Part shown: positions 1 to 10,100 of the stretch, in pieces
Layout: each line of letters begins with the position of its first letter
Numbering within the stretch: position 1 is the stretch's first letter
Source of the DNA: Thermostichus sp. DRC_bins_24
GTDB lineage: Bacteria; Cyanobacteriota; Cyanobacteriia; Thermostichales; Thermostichaceae
Length of the DNA: 36,580 bases
NCBI GenBank assembly: GCA_039794845.1
Contig: JAUQVK010000007.1
Coordinates: forward strand, 1-36,580
Reading direction: 5' to 3'
Notes under the pieces: generated by a model
Seen by the model: only the letters and a program-made list of their open reading frames with translations
What the model was told of the DNA's origin: nothing
Database searches by the model: none
Program-made: the position numbers and the translations under genes

Positions 1-1297
1 CAACGTTGTCTGAGACGGAATTGCCGCCCCAGGTGCCACAGCCCAGGGTAAGGGAGGGATCCAACTTGAAGTTGTACAGATCCCCAATCGCCCCTTGAGA
101 GGAGGGGGTATTGATCAGCACCCGCGACGTTTGCAGGGCGTTTTCAAAGTAGGCGATATCATCTCGATTGGCCGGATCGGTATAGAGCACCGAGGTATGG
201 CCTTTGCCGCCAAAATTAACCAATTGTGAGGCGATCTCGACGGCAGCCGGAAAATCCTTGGCCCGATACAGGGCCAAAACAGGAGCGAGCTTTTCATAGG
301 AGAAGGGCTCCTCCACCCCGACGGTTTCCACTTCTCCGATCAACACCTTGGCTCCTTCGGGCACCTGGATCCCGGCCAGCTTTGCAATGGTCTCCACCGA
401 TTGCCCGACAATGCCCGCATTCAGACGACCCTCCTTGAGAATGATTTGTCTGACGGCTGCGGTTTGCTCGGGATCCAGAATGTAGGCCCCGCGGTTGCGA
501 AACTCGGCTTTGACTTGCTCGTAAATGGCCTCCACCACTACCACAGATTGTTCAGAGGCGCAGATCATGCCGTTATCGAAGGTTTTGCTGAGCAAAATCG
601 AGCTCACCGCCATGGGAATATCGGCGCTGGCATCGATCACCGCCGGGGTATTGCCTGCCCCCACCCCCACAGAGGGATGGCCCGACGAGTAGGCGGCTTT
701 CACCATGCCGGGGCCACCCGTGGCCAGGATCAACTTCACCTCGGGGTGCTGCATCAGGGCCTGAGAGAGCTCCACCGTCGGTTCATCAATCCAGCCGATC
801 AACCCCACCGGGGCACCCGCCGCTTCGGCAGCCTCCTTCACAATTTTAGCGGCGGCAATACTGCACCCTTTGGCGCGCGGGTGGGGCGAAAAGATGATGG
901 CATTGCGGGTTTTTAGGGCAATCAGAGCCTTAAAAATCGTCGTAGAAGTGGGGTTAGTTACCGGCACAATCCCCGCCAGGATCCCGACGGGTTCGGCAAT
1001 TTTTTCAACCCCGAAGGCTTCGTCTTTTTCAATGACTCCACAGGTTTTTTCGTGCTTGTATTTGTTGTAGATGTATTCGGAGGCAAAGTGATTTTTGATC
1101 ACTTTATCTTCCACGATGCCCATGCCGGTTTCTTGCACCGCCAACTTGGCCAACGGGATCCGTTCATTGTTCGCGGCTAGGGCTGCTTTGCGAAAAATCT
1201 GATCCACCTGCTCTTGGGTGAAGGTAGCATACTGGGCCTGAGCAACTTTCACCTGTTGGATCAAGTCTTCGAGTTCCGCGAGGTTCGTGACTGGCAT
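1..1297 (-). CDS. adhE: Bifunctional acetaldehyde-CoA/alcohol dehydrogenase, 5' part (ALDH domain); continues past the left edge
   Basis: Absent from the ORF track (no stop in window). Manual translation from ATG 1297: MPVTNLAELEDLIQQVKVAQAQYATFTQEQVDQIF...GMGIVEDKVIKNHFASE...PVTNPTST...LATGGPGMV...TFDNGMICASEQ...LTLGCGTWGGNSVSDNV. GGAGG upstream. Confidence 0.95.
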   Translation of the reverse strand, partial: MPVTNLAELEDLIQQVKVAQAQYATFTQEQVDQIFRKAALAANNERIPLAKLAVQETGMGIVEDKVIKNHFASEYIYNKYKHEKTCGVIEKDEAFGVEKIAEPVGILAGIVPVTNPTSTTIFKALIALKTRNAIIFSPHPRAKGCSIAAAKIVKEAAEAAGAPVGLIGWIDEPTVELSQALMQHPEVKLILATGGPGMVKAAYSSGHPSVGVGAGNTPAVIDASADIPMAVSSILLSKTFDNGMICASEQSVVVVEAIYEQVKAEFRNRGAYILDPEQTAAVRQIILKEGRLNAGIVGQSVETIAKLAGIQVPEGAKVLIGEVETVGVEEPFSYEKLAPVLALYRAKDFPAAVEIASQLVNFGGKGHTSVLYTDPANRDDIAYFENALQTSRVLINTPSSQGAIGDLYNFKLDPSLTLGCGTWGGNSVSDNV

Positions 1298-1392
1298 GGT
1301 TGGATCCCTCCAAACTTCGTCAATAGTTGAGCTTGAGATGGCTTGGGATAGTTACAGCAAACCCATAAATCAATTGAGAGCATCAATAGCGT

Positions 1393-1797
1393 CTAAACGG
1401 GGGTAGGCACCTGAATCTCGGTGATCAGGGTGGGGGAATGAGTAAGCGTATTGTGAATGATGCAGGCATCCACCGCTTTTTCTAGGCCCTTTTGATGTTT
1501 TTCATCCAACGGGATCCCGGTTTTGACTTGAATGCGAATGTTGTCGAGGCGGGTGGGGTTGTTGACTTTATCTGCCGTCACCACCACATCCAAACCGCTG
1601 GGATCCAGCTGCCGAGCCTCCAGATATTTGACCGCATAAAAGCCCACACACGCCCCCAACGAAGCCAGGAACCATTCCGGCGGGGTCATGCCGCCATCTT
1701 GGCCGTGATTATCCAAAGGTTGATCGCTCAAGATGCGATGCCCTCGGCTTTCTGCTTGAAACCTAACACCGTCTTGGTAGGTAATACGAACATCCAT
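1393..1797 (-). CDS. OsmC/Ohr/YhfA family protein
   Basis: DQP..GG.D.G.TP.E..LASLGAC signature; second Cys in VDACII; 134 aa. Confidence 0.88.
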   Translation of the reverse strand: MDVRITYQDGVRFQAESRGHRILSDQPLDNHGQDGGMTPPEWFLASLGACVGFYAVKYLEARQLDPSGLDVVVTADKVNNPTRLDNIRIQVKTGIPLDEKHQKGLEKAVDACIIHNTLTHSPTLITEIQVPTPV

Positions 1798-1867
1798 GAG
1801 GGATCCCTCTCCTTAATCGGTCAAAACTCTGTTAGTGTTTCCTCAAGAAAATCAAGCTAGAACCGGA

Positions 1868-2605
1868 TTAGACCGCCATCAGTCCTTGATCCCGAAAAAG
1901 TTGTAAAACATGGTTCACCTGTTCGGGTGTAGGCGGATCCACATCGGTTAGGGTGTAGGGCAGCCCCAATTGCTGCCATTTGTATTCCCCCATCTTGTGA
2001 AAGGGCAGAACCTCTACCCGTTCTACATTCGATAAACTGGCTATAAATCGGGCCAAGCCTTTCACATTTTCTTCGGGATCCGTCAGTCCCGGCACCAGAA
2101 CAAATCGGATCCAGGTGGGCTTGCGGATCTCAGCCAAATACCGAGCAAACTGCAAGGTTGGCTCTAAAGCAACACTGGTCACTTTGCGATAGAGCGCCGG
2201 ATCATAGGATTTGATATCCAACAACACCAAATCCGTGTGTGCTAGCACAGGTTTTGCCGCTTCAAGCTGCACATAACCCGATGTATCCAAAGCGGTGTGT
2301 AGCCCCAATTCATGACAGCGACGAAGAATCTCTGCCACAAAGTCGGGTTGCATCAAGGGCTCGCCGCCGGTAACGGTAACCCCACCGCCGCGCAGATAGT
2401 TTCGTATTTTGCCAATTTCAGCGATCAACTCCTCAACTTCCACCACCTGTCCCTCATGGGGATCCCGGCAATCTGGGTTATGGCAATACAAACAGCGCAA
2501 AGGACAGCCCTGCGTGAAGATAACAAAGCGGATCCCCGGCCCATCCACAGTGCCACAGGTTTCGATGGAATGAATGTGTCCAGAAATAGAAGTAAGGCTC
2601 TTCAT
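1868..2605 (-). CDS. pflA: Pyruvate formate-lyase activating enzyme (radical SAM)
   Basis: GHIHSIETCGTVDGPGIRFVIFTQGCPLRCLYCHNPD (CxxxCxxC), TGGEP, LPFHKMG. Start moved to ATG 2605 (MKSLTS); the ORF-track extension overlaps the upstream gene. Confidence 0.95.
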   Translation of the reverse strand: MKSLTSISGHIHSIETCGTVDGPGIRFVIFTQGCPLRCLYCHNPDCRDPHEGQVVEVEELIAEIGKIRNYLRGGGVTVTGGEPLMQPDFVAEILRRCHELGLHTALDTSGYVQLEAAKPVLAHTDLVLLDIKSYDPALYRKVTSVALEPTLQFARYLAEIRKPTWIRFVLVPGLTDPEENVKGLARFIASLSNVERVEVLPFHKMGEYKWQQLGLPYTLTDVDPPTPEQVNHVLQLFRDQGLMAV

Positions 2606-2741
2606 AGCTTCATCCTGGATCGCTTTTTGAAAACAGCAGCCGATCTTGAGATTTTCTTTCGGATTCTCACTCCTTGTGTAAGGATGGCTACGGTTTTCGT
2701 TTTCTTTTAGAGTGTTTGGTTCCAAGGCAGATCCAGGTTGC

Positions 2742-3116
2742 TCAAATTGAGGTGCTTCGCATTTTATGTTCCCTTGGATCAAATTCCTTGGGAAAATGTG
2801 TATAGGCATCAAAATCTGCTTGATCCCATAAGGCTCCGTTCAAGATAGCCTCCTGAAAATTGCTGCCAAAGAGCATACAGCCTCGCAGATCGGCTCCTGC
2901 TAAATTGGCTCCACTGAAATCGGCAAAACTGAGATCACAACCCCGCAAATTAGCCTCTGCAAGATTTGCCCCGCTGAAATCGGCGTAACTGAGATCCGAT
3001 CCGGCCAAATGGATCCGGCGTAGATCGTGATATTGCAGGTTAATTTCCGAAAAATCCCGCCGTCCTGAAGCATATTGCTGGGCTACACTTCCCACATCAT
3101 CAGTTGTCATCGGCAT
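2742..3116 (-). CDS. Pentapeptide repeat protein
   Basis: YASGRRDFS start typical of cyanobacterial pentapeptide proteins, then A(D/N)LxG-type repeats (SDLSY ADFSG ANLAE ANLRG...). AGGAGG just upstream of ATG 3116 (3110 is an alternative). Confidence 0.88.
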   Translation of the reverse strand: MPMTTDDVGSVAQQYASGRRDFSEINLQYHDLRRIHLAGSDLSYADFSGANLAEANLRGCDLSFADFSGANLAGADLRGCMLFGSNFQEAILNGALWDQADFDAYTHFPKEFDPREHKMRSTSI

Positions 3117-3192
3117 AAGACCTCCTTCGTTCATGGGAGGGATCCCCTCTATCACAGGGATGTCAGGGATCCCGACTGACTCAGCTGGATCC

Positions 3193-5478
3193 TCAGCAAC
3201 GTTGGTGGAACGTGCGGTTGATCACATCCAGCTGTTGTTCGCGGGTGAGCTTGATGAAGTTGACCGCGTAGCCCGACACCCGAATCGTCAGTTGCGGGTA
3301 GAGTTCCGGGTGATCCATGGCATCCAGCAGGGTCTCGCGGCTGAAGACGTTCACGTTGAGGTGAAAGCCCCCATCCCGCACATAGCCATCCAGCAGCCCC
3401 ACCAGGTTGGTCACCCGGTCTGCTTCGGTGCGGCCCAAGGCCCCCGGCACGATCGAGAAGGTGTTGGAGATGCCATCCTGAGCATCGGCATAGGGCAGCT
3501 TCGCCACCGACGCCAACGAGGCCACCGCCCCCTTGGTATCCCGCCCGTGCATGGGGTTGGCCCCCGGCGCAAAGGGATCCCCGGCCCGCCGCCCATCGGG
3601 GGTATTGCCGGTCTTTTTGCCGTAGACCACGTTGGAGGTGATGGTCAAAATCGACTGGGTGGGCACAGCATTGCGGTAGGTTTTGTGCTTGCGCAGCTCG
3701 GCCATGAAGGTCTGCACCAGTTGCACTGCAATCTGATCCACCCGGTCATCGTTGTTGCCGTATTTGGGGAAATCCCCATCGACGATGTAGTCCACCGCCA
3801 AGCCACGCTCATCCCGGATCACCCGCACCCGGGCGTGTTTGATGGCCGACAAGGAATCCGCCACCACCGACAACCCCGCCATGCCGAAGGCCATCGTGCG
3901 CAAAATATCCCGGTCGTGTAGGGCCATTTCGATGCGCTCGTAGCAGTATTTGTCGTGCATGTAGTGGATGATGTTCATGGTGTTGACGTAGGTTTTGGCC
4001 AACCACGCCATCATCTGCACCATGCGGGGCCAGACCTCGTCGTAATCCAGCACATCGGCGGTGACGGGGGCATAGGCCGGGGCCACCTGATCCCCGGATT
4101 TTTCGTCTTTGCCGCCGTTGATGGCGTAGAGCAAACACTTGGCCAGGTTCACCCGTGCCCCGAAAAACTGCATTTGCTTGCCGATGCGCATGGCGGATAC
4201 ACAGCAGGCAATGCCGTAATCATCCCCCCAGTAGGGCCGCATCAGGTCGTCATTTTCGTACTGGATCGAGCTGGTCTGAATAGACACCTTCGCGCAGTAA
4301 CGTTTGAAGGCCTCCGGCAACCGTTCTGACCACAGCACCGTCAGGTTGGGTTCCGGGGCCGGCCCCAGGTTGGTGAGGGTGTGCAGAATGCGGAAGCTGG
4401 TCTTGGTCACCAACGGCCGACCATCGAGGCCCATGCCGCCGATGCACTCGGTCACCCAGGTGGGATCCCCGCTAAACAGCTCGTTGTAGTCGGGGGTGCG
4501 CAAAAACCGTACCATGCGCAGCTTCATGACAAAGTGGTCGATCAGCTCCTGCGCCTCGGCTTCGGTGAGGATCCCGGCCTGCAGATCCCGCTCGATGTAG
4601 ATATCCAAAAAGGTGGAGACCCGCCCTAGGGACATGGCCGCCCCGTTTTGCTCCTTCACCGCCGCCAGATAGCCAAAGTAGAGCCATTGGATGGCCTCGC
4701 GGGCATTGGCCGCCGGACGGGCCAGATCAAACCCATAGCGGGATCCCAGTTCTTTGAGTTCCTGGAGGGCCTTGATCTGTTCGGAGAGTTCCTCCCGCAG
4801 GCGGATGGTGTCTTCTTCCATCACATCCCAATCCAGGCTTGCTTTTTGGGCCTGCTTGTCCTCGATCAGCCGATCCACCCCGTACAGGGCCACCCGCCGG
4901 TAATCGCCGATGATCCGCCCGCGTCCATAGGCATCCGGCAGGCCGGTGATGATTCCCGAACGACGGCACCGGCGCATCTCCTCGGTGTAGGCATCAAAGA
5001 CCCCGTCGTTGTGGGTTTTGCGGTAGGTGGTGAAAATCTCTTTGGTTTGCGGATCCAACTGGTAGCCATAGGCATTGAGGGAGGCTTCCACCACCCGGAT
5101 GCCACCGAAGGGCATGATGGCCCGCTTCAGGGGTTTGTCGGTTTGCAAGCCCACAATTTGCTCCAGATCCGCATCAATGTAGCCGGGGGCATGGCTGGTG
5201 ATGGTGGAGGGCACAGCAGTATCGGCATCCAAAACCCCCCGTTCCCGCTCAAGGGCCATCAAATCTTTGACCTTGGCCCAGAGCTGCTGGGTGCGCTCTG
5301 TGGCCGCCGCCAGAAAGCTCTCATCCCCACTGTAGGGGGTGTAATTGCGCTGAATAAAATCCCGTACATCAATAGAGCGCCGCCAGGATCCCGACAAAAA
5401 ATACCTCGGGGCATCTTGACTTGCAAATTCATGTTCCGTAGATTGCGGTGCAGAACGCTGCACACTCTCGACAACCAT
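3193..5478 (-). CDS. pflB: Pyruvate formate-lyase (formate C-acetyltransferase)
   Basis: [31 protein letters not shown], catalytic IACCVS, glycyl radical loop [16 protein letters not shown] upstream. Confidence 0.98.
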   Translation of the reverse strand: MVVESVQRSAPQSTEHEFASQDAPRYFLSGSWRRSIDVRDFIQRNYTPYSGDESFLAAATERTQQLWAKVKDLMALERERGVLDADTAVPSTITSHAPGYIDADLEQIVGLQTDKPLKRAIMPFGGIRVVEASLNAYGYQLDPQTKEIFTTYRKTHNDGVFDAYTEEMRRCRRSGIITGLPDAYGRGRIIGDYRRVALYGVDRLIEDKQAQKASLDWDVMEEDTIRLREELSEQIKALQELKELGSRYGFDLARPAANAREAIQWLYFGYLAAVKEQNGAAMSLGRVSTFLDIYIERDLQAGILTEAEAQELIDHFVMKLRMVRFLRTPDYNELFSGDPTWVTECIGGMGLDGRPLVTKTSFRILHTLTNLGPAPEPNLTVLWSERLPEAFKRYCAKVSIQTSSIQYENDDLMRPYWGDDYGIACCVSAMRIGKQMQFFGARVNLAKCLLYAINGGKDEKSGDQVAPAYAPVTADVLDYDEVWPRMVQMMAWLAKTYVNTMNIIHYMHDKYCYERIEMALHDRDILRTMAFGMAGLSVVADSLSAIKHARVRVIRDERGLAVDYIVDGDFPKYGNNDDRVDQIAVQLVQTFMAELRKHKTYRNAVPTQSILTITSNVVYGKKTGNTPDGRRAGDPFAPGANPMHGRDTKGAVASLASVAKLPYADAQDGISNTFSIVPGALGRTEADRVTNLVGLLDGYVRDGGFHLNVNVFSRETLLDAMDHPELYPQLTIRVSGYAVNFIKLTREQQLDVINRTFHQRC

Positions 5479-5965
5479 AACAATCCTCCTGGCTGTTAGG
5501 CCAAACAGCTGAGCAACAAAGACAAGGCGGTGAATGGACTGTTGCCAAAAATCCCGAGAAATCGCTGATAGAATGAAGGGAATTTAGCAACTCTTTTGTT
5601 TCTTTTCTTCCCCTCTGATAAACCTCATCTAATCTTAATTTTAGTTCCTCACTCTCCAGGGGTGTTTTTTATCGAATAGTTTTAATCTTGTCTTGGCCTT
5701 CTCCAGGGCAAATTTAGCTTTTGCTGCTCTGAAGATGTCAAGAATTATCGCCGGTAGAAAAGTTATGTGAAAAACTGTAGAGATTTGAAATAAATTTTAA
5801 GAAGCTGCTGAGATGCGAGCATTGGCTGAGAAAAGGGCTTGAGCGGGATCCCTGTGGGTTTCGGTAGGTTCTGCCGAGGTTTTTCGTAATCTTCGAATCG
5901 CAAGCCTATCCTGAGGGAGAGCGGCCATGTCGCCCTTTGCTGTCAGGAAGGTAGGTGTGTCAGCG

Positions 5966-7039
5966 ATGAACCAGCCCACCCGAATTGTCCAGGGGATCCA
6001 TCATCTGCACTTTTATCTCTGGGATCTGCCCCATTGGCAGGAGTACTTTTGTCACATTTGGGGCTTTCAAGTAGAGAACCAAACCGATAACACCCTCCAT
6101 CTGCACCAGGGATCCCTGCGGTTGCGTCTTTCTCAGCCTGCCCATGTGGGGGACGCGGTGGATCGTTACTTGCAGCAGCATTCTCCTGGCATTGTGGATG
6201 TGGCCTTGGCGGTGGGAAGGCAGGATCTGTCGGACTTGGCAGGGCGTTTGCAAGAGCGAGGCGCTGAGGTGAAGTGGATCCCGGCAGAAACAGAAAACAC
6301 CCCACCAAGTTTGTGTCTGTGCCCACCCTATGGGTTAAGGCATTCATTGATCCCGGGGCCGGTTCCAGCCCATTCGCATCCCTCGCGTTTGTTTTCCCAT
6401 CTCGATCATGTGGTGTTAAACGTCGGGCAGGGATCCCTGCAGGCGGCAGCAGATTGGTATGGGCAGGTGCTGGGTTGGGCACGCCTTTACCGCTACAGCA
6501 TTGGTACCGATCACTCCGGCTTAGAAAGTTGGGTGGTTGGGGATCCCAAGATGGGGATCCATTTGGCCATCAACGAGCCCACCTCCGCCACTTCTCAAAT
6601 TCAGGAGTTTTTGGACGCACATCACGGCCCCGGCATCCAACATGTGGCTTTGCATAGCCCCGATATCGTCGCCACTCTGCGGCAGTTGCGTCGGGCAGGG
6701 GTGAACTTTTTACAGGTGCCGCCAGGCTATTACGCCACCCTTGAAAGGGCGTTAGCCTCTGGAACTTATTCGCGCTTAGGTATCCAGCAGACGATCCCCT
6801 GGCAAGATTTGGTGGAACAGGAGATCCTCCTGGATGCCACCCTATCTGCTTCTGATGACCAACAGGCTCCTCTTTTGCTGCAAACCTTTACGCAGCCCCT
6901 GTTCGGCCAGCCGACTTTTTTCTTCGAGATCATTCAACGGCTGGGGGGAGCCACCGGCTTTGGCGAAGGCAATTTTCAAGCCCTGTTTGAAGCCCTAGAA
7001 CGCCAACAACGACAACGGCAACAGGCCCTCTGGGGTTAG
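5966..7039 (+). CDS. hppD: 4-hydroxyphenylpyruvate dioxygenase
   Basis: Fe ligands in HLDHVV, IQHVAL, FFEIIQR; C-terminal GFGEGNFQALFEALE. Start chosen at ATG 5966. Confidence 0.92.
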   Translation: MNQPTRIVQGIHHLHFYLWDLPHWQEYFCHIWGFQVENQTDNTLHLHQGSLRLRLSQPAHVGDAVDRYLQQHSPGIVDVALAVGRQDLSDLAGRLQERGAEVKWIPAETENTPPSLCLCPPYGLRHSLIPGPVPAHSHPSRLFSHLDHVVLNVGQGSLQAAADWYGQVLGWARLYRYSIGTDHSGLESWVVGDPKMGIHLAINEPTSATSQIQEFLDAHHGPGIQHVALHSPDIVATLRQLRRAGVNFLQVPPGYYATLERALASGTYSRLGIQQTIPWQDLVEQEILLDATLSASDDQQAPLLLQTFTQPLFGQPTFFFEIIQRLGGATGFGEGNFQALFEALERQQRQRQQALWG

Positions 7040-7401
7040 ACCAACTGCGCAGCAATGGCTCCCAACAAACGGGTTGGATCGATGGGCTTGGTCAGGTAGG
7101 CATCGGAGCCCAGCTGTAGCCCCTGTTCGATATCCTCTCGACAGGTCTTGGAGGAGAGAAAGACAAAGGGAATGTGGGCAGTGGCCCGATCCCGCTTCAG
7201 GGCATCCAGCACTCCATACCCATTCAGTTTGGGCATCACCACATCGCACAACACCAAATCCGGAAGCAGGGATCGCACCAAGCTCAATCCCTCTTCTCCA
7301 TCGGTGGCGGCAATGGTGTCGTATCCGGCCCGTCGCAGCAGCTTTTGCAGATAGGTGCGGATCGGCGGCTCATCTTCAATCACCACAATTCGTTTAGCCA
7401 T
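7036..7401 (-). CDS. Single-domain (CheY-like) response regulator
   Basis: MAKRIVVIEDE, LVLCDVVMPKLNG (phospho-Asp), YLTKP; no output domain. Stop overlaps the hppD stop. Confidence 0.9.
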   Translation of the reverse strand: MAKRIVVIEDEPPIRTYLQKLLRRAGYDTIAATDGEEGLSLVRSLLPDLVLCDVVMPKLNGYGVLDALKRDRATAHIPFVFLSSKTCREDIEQGLQLGSDAYLTKPIDPTRLLGAIAAQLV

Positions 7402-7648
7402 GAGCAGGAGGTGAGCTACCCCTTGAGAGAGAACAAACTTGAGAGAGCGCAGAAGAGAACTTGAGGTCGACCGTTCCACATCGCTGACGTTGTGAAACCA
7501 GGGGATCCAAGCCAATGGTGGAAGTATAGGCAAATCTCTGGACAGAAAACCTCCGCCAAATCGCTCACTTCCGGGAGTCCACGAGTTGTTAAAGTGCGGG
7601 ATTGACCTTTTTTGCCGGTAAATTTACGGATTAGCCGAGTTATTTAAC

Positions 7649-8596
7649 CTATTCCGATTTGAGTTGTCGTTCCATCAGTCTGGCTAGGGCTGCCGAAGGG
7701 GTGGTTTGTCCCTGCAACAACAACTGCACCTCCTGGGTAATGGGCACAGGGATCCCATGCTGGTCGGCAATCTTCAGCAAGACGGGGGTGGTGTGGATCC
7801 CTTCGGCCGTGCCCTCAATATCGGCCAATACCTGCGACAAAGGCTTTCCCTGCCCCAACCCGTAACCGACGCGGTAGTTGCGGCTAAGGGGGCTATGGCA
7901 GGTGGCCAGCAAATCTCCCAACCCGGAAAGTCCGTTAAAGGTTTCGGGCCGTGCCCCCAACAGGGATCCCACCCGGATCATCTCTGCCAACCCCCGAGTC
8001 ACCAGGGCCGAGCGAGCATTGGTGCCCAGTTGCAGCCCATCACACACCCCCACAGCAATGGCGATGACATTTTTGAGGGTGCCCCCCAATTCCACCCCAA
8101 CCGGATCGGTACTGGTATAGAGGCGAAATCGCTCCGAAGAAAAAGCCTGTTGCACCCGTGTCGCCGCCCAGGGATCCCGGCTGGCAACCACCGCGGCTGC
8201 AGGCAAACCCTGGCGAATTTCCAGCGAAAGATTGGGCCCAGAGAGCACCACCACCGCTTGGTCAGGGAATGTAGCCCCCCAAATTTGCGCCGGGGTTAGC
8301 AGCTCCAGCGGATCCAAACCCTTGGTGGCCGACACCAAAATTGCCTCCGCAGGGATCCCAATTTGTCGCACTGCCTCCGCCAACGGGCGTACCCCCGCCA
8401 TCGACACCGCCGAAACCATCACCTGTACCTCCCGCAAAGCCCCGGCCAAATCGGGAGACGTGCGCCGATCCCAAACCCTTACCCGGTGCCCCTGTGCCCG
8501 AGCCAGCTCGGCCAATGTACTCCCCCAGGCCCCGGCCCCTAGAATGGCAATGTTCTGAACCCCTATCGGGTTTTGCGCCCCAGTGTTATCCTTCAC
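7649..8596 (-). CDS. gpsA: NAD(P)H-dependent glycerol-3-phosphate dehydrogenase
   Basis: GAGAWG Rossmann motif, ATKGL, LSGPN, LKNVIAIA, GLGDL, SRN; GTG start after GGAGG. Confidence 0.95.
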   Translation of the reverse strand: MKDNTGAQNPIGVQNIAILGAGAWGSTLAELARAQGHRVRVWDRRTSPDLAGALREVQVMVSAVSMAGVRPLAEAVRQIGIPAEAILVSATKGLDPLELLTPAQIWGATFPDQAVVVLSGPNLSLEIRQGLPAAAVVASRDPWAATRVQQAFSSERFRLYTSTDPVGVELGGTLKNVIAIAVGVCDGLQLGTNARSALVTRGLAEMIRVGSLLGARPETFNGLSGLGDLLATCHSPLSRNYRVGYGLGQGKPLSQVLADIEGTAEGIHTTPVLLKIADQHGIPVPITQEVQLLLQGQTTPSAALARLMERQLKSE

Positions 8597-8715
8597 CCAA
8601 TACCTCCACCCCTAGTTCCAGCCAACAAGATGACCCCATAGACCGGGAGGGGAACAACAGCAAAGGTTAGTATGAGTGGATACCAAATCACCTGTACGGG
8701 CTCAGAGCAGACGAC

Positions 8716-9621
8716 ATGGCGGAAGCAGGGATCCCGCACCTCCCTTCTGACGTGGCAGCCAAAATGGGGAGCTGGCAGCACGGCTATGCCGTCACCAATG
8801 GCATTCAACTGCACTATGTCACCCAAGGGGAAGGGGAGTTGGTAATCCTGCTGCACGGATTCCCCGAGTTTTGGTACTCTTGGCGGCATCAAATCCCGGT
8901 TTTGGCGCAGCGGTTTCGCGTCGTGGTGCCCGATATGCGTGGCTACAACGACTCCGACAAACCCGACCACGGCTACGACCTGGATACCCTCACCCAGGAT
9001 ATCCGCGGCCTGCTCACCTACTTTGGGGCGAAAACCGCCTCCGTAGTCGCCCACGATTGGGGGGGGGCCATTGCCTGGCACTGGGCACAGTTTTTCCCGG
9101 AACAAATTCGCAAATTGGCGGTTCTTAACTCTCCTCACCCAGCCTGTTTTCGGCGGGAGTTTCTCAGCAATCTGGATCAGGTGCGTCGCAGTTGGTACAT
9201 GTTCTTTTTCCAATTGCCCTGGTTGCCAGAGTGGCTGCTGCAAAGGGATCTGGCGGTTTGGGTGCGGAGAATCTTTCAAGAGACTTCCGTGCGCAAAAGC
9301 GCCTTTACCCGTCACGACCTGCGGCTCTATCAAGAGGCTCTGGCCAAACCCAAGGTGCTCACCTCCGCCCTCAACTATTACCGACAGCTCTTTAATTTGC
9401 CGACGCTGCAAAACTTGTTCTTGGAGCCGATGCGGCAGATCCTGGCCCCGACTCTGCTGATTTGGGGAGAAGAAGACTTTGCCCTTAGCCGTGAGCTCAC
9501 CGAAGGCATGGACTCCTTTTTCCCCAACGGCATTCGCAAAGAATACATCCCGGAATGTGGGCACTGGGCCCAGCAGGAGGCCCCCCAAACCGTGAATCGA
9601 CTGTTGATGGAGTTTCTTTGA
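8716..9621 (+). CDS. Alpha/beta hydrolase, epoxide hydrolase/dehalogenase-like
   Basis: LLHGFPE oxyanion motif, PDMRGY, Asp nucleophile HDWGG, catalytic His in GHW. Confidence 0.9.
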   Translation: MAEAGIPHLPSDVAAKMGSWQHGYAVTNGIQLHYVTQGEGELVILLHGFPEFWYSWRHQIPVLAQRFRVVVPDMRGYNDSDKPDHGYDLDTLTQDIRGLLTYFGAKTASVVAHDWGGAIAWHWAQFFPEQIRKLAVLNSPHPACFRREFLSNLDQVRRSWYMFFFQLPWLPEWLLQRDLAVWVRRIFQETSVRKSAFTRHDLRLYQEALAKPKVLTSALNYYRQLFNLPTLQNLFLEPMRQILAPTLLIWGEEDFALSRELTEGMDSFFPNGIRKEYIPECGHWAQQEAPQTVNRLLMEFL

Positions 9622-9696
9622 AAAGCCCTGTGAGATAGGCGTGGGGACTCTTTCCGTCTAAAATGATCCACTGAATCCTGCATCGAGAGAACCCGC

Positions 9697-10086
9697 ATGG
9701 CCCTGGAATATCCATCCCACCTGCGCTACGTGGATAGCCATGAGTACGTCCGCGTCGAGGATGATATTGCTGTCATTGGCATCACCGCTTACGCCGTCGA
9801 TCAGTTGGGAGATATTGTCTTCGTGGGCCTGCCAGAAGAGGGAGCCGAGCTGGAAAAAGGTGAGAGTTTTGGCTCGGTGGAGTCGGTCAAAGCCGTCGAA
9901 GATCTCTATGCGCCCCTTTCCGGCGAGGTGGTGGCGGTGAACACGGCGGTGGTGGATAGCCCGGAAAGCATTGCCGATGATCCCTATGGAGATGGTTGGT
10001 TGCTTAAGGTGCGCATCGCCAACCCCGAAGATCTGGACGAGATGATCAGCGCCGAGGTCTATGCCAGCTTGGTGGAGGGATCCTAG
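9697..10086 (+). CDS. gcvH: Glycine cleavage system H protein
   Basis: SHEY, GITAYAVDQLGDIV, lipoyl-Lys VESVKA, DPYGDGW. Confidence 0.96.
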   Translation: MALEYPSHLRYVDSHEYVRVEDDIAVIGITAYAVDQLGDIVFVGLPEEGAELEKGESFGSVESVKAVEDLYAPLSGEVVAVNTAVVDSPESIADDPYGDGWLLKVRIANPEDLDEMISAEVYASLVEGS

Positions 10087-10100
10087 AACCTACAGCAGAC

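Noticed and set aside
115..1070. Short ORFs 115-297, 226-438, 401-916, 870-1070
   Set aside because: Off-frame or antisense shadows of adhE, which the ORF track missed.
1370..1388. FNR-like site TTGAG-AGC-ATCAA upstream of adhE
   Set aside because: Spacer is one base short and one half-site mismatches.
2606..2812. 69-aa N-terminal extension of PflA
   Set aside because: Overlaps the pentapeptide gene and precedes the normal PflA N-terminus; ATG 2605 fits better.
3181..3195. Possible readthrough or selenocysteine at the pflB TGA
   Set aside because: PflB is complete at this point and another in-frame TGA follows within four codons.
3133..5499. Long + strand ORFs (262, 124, 283 aa) opposite pflB
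   Set aside because: Antisense shadows expected from GC-rich codon bias; no motifs.
7618..7627. Palindrome GTAAATTTAC as an NtcA site
   Set aside because: GTA-N4-TAC, not GTA-N8-TAC; a 10-bp palindrome is expected by chance at this scale.
8440..8480. Apparent internal deletion in GpsA after VWDRR
   Set aside because: To my knowledge short forms are usual in cyanobacterial GpsA; catalytic motifs are intact.
9059..9067. G9 tract (also 28130-28138 in aspS) as a phase-variation site
   Set aside because: Both encode conserved Gly motifs in frame, and aspS is essential.
8593..9588. 331-aa minus-strand ORF abutting gpsA
   Set aside because: Lies almost wholly antisense to a motif-complete hydrolase; no features of its own.
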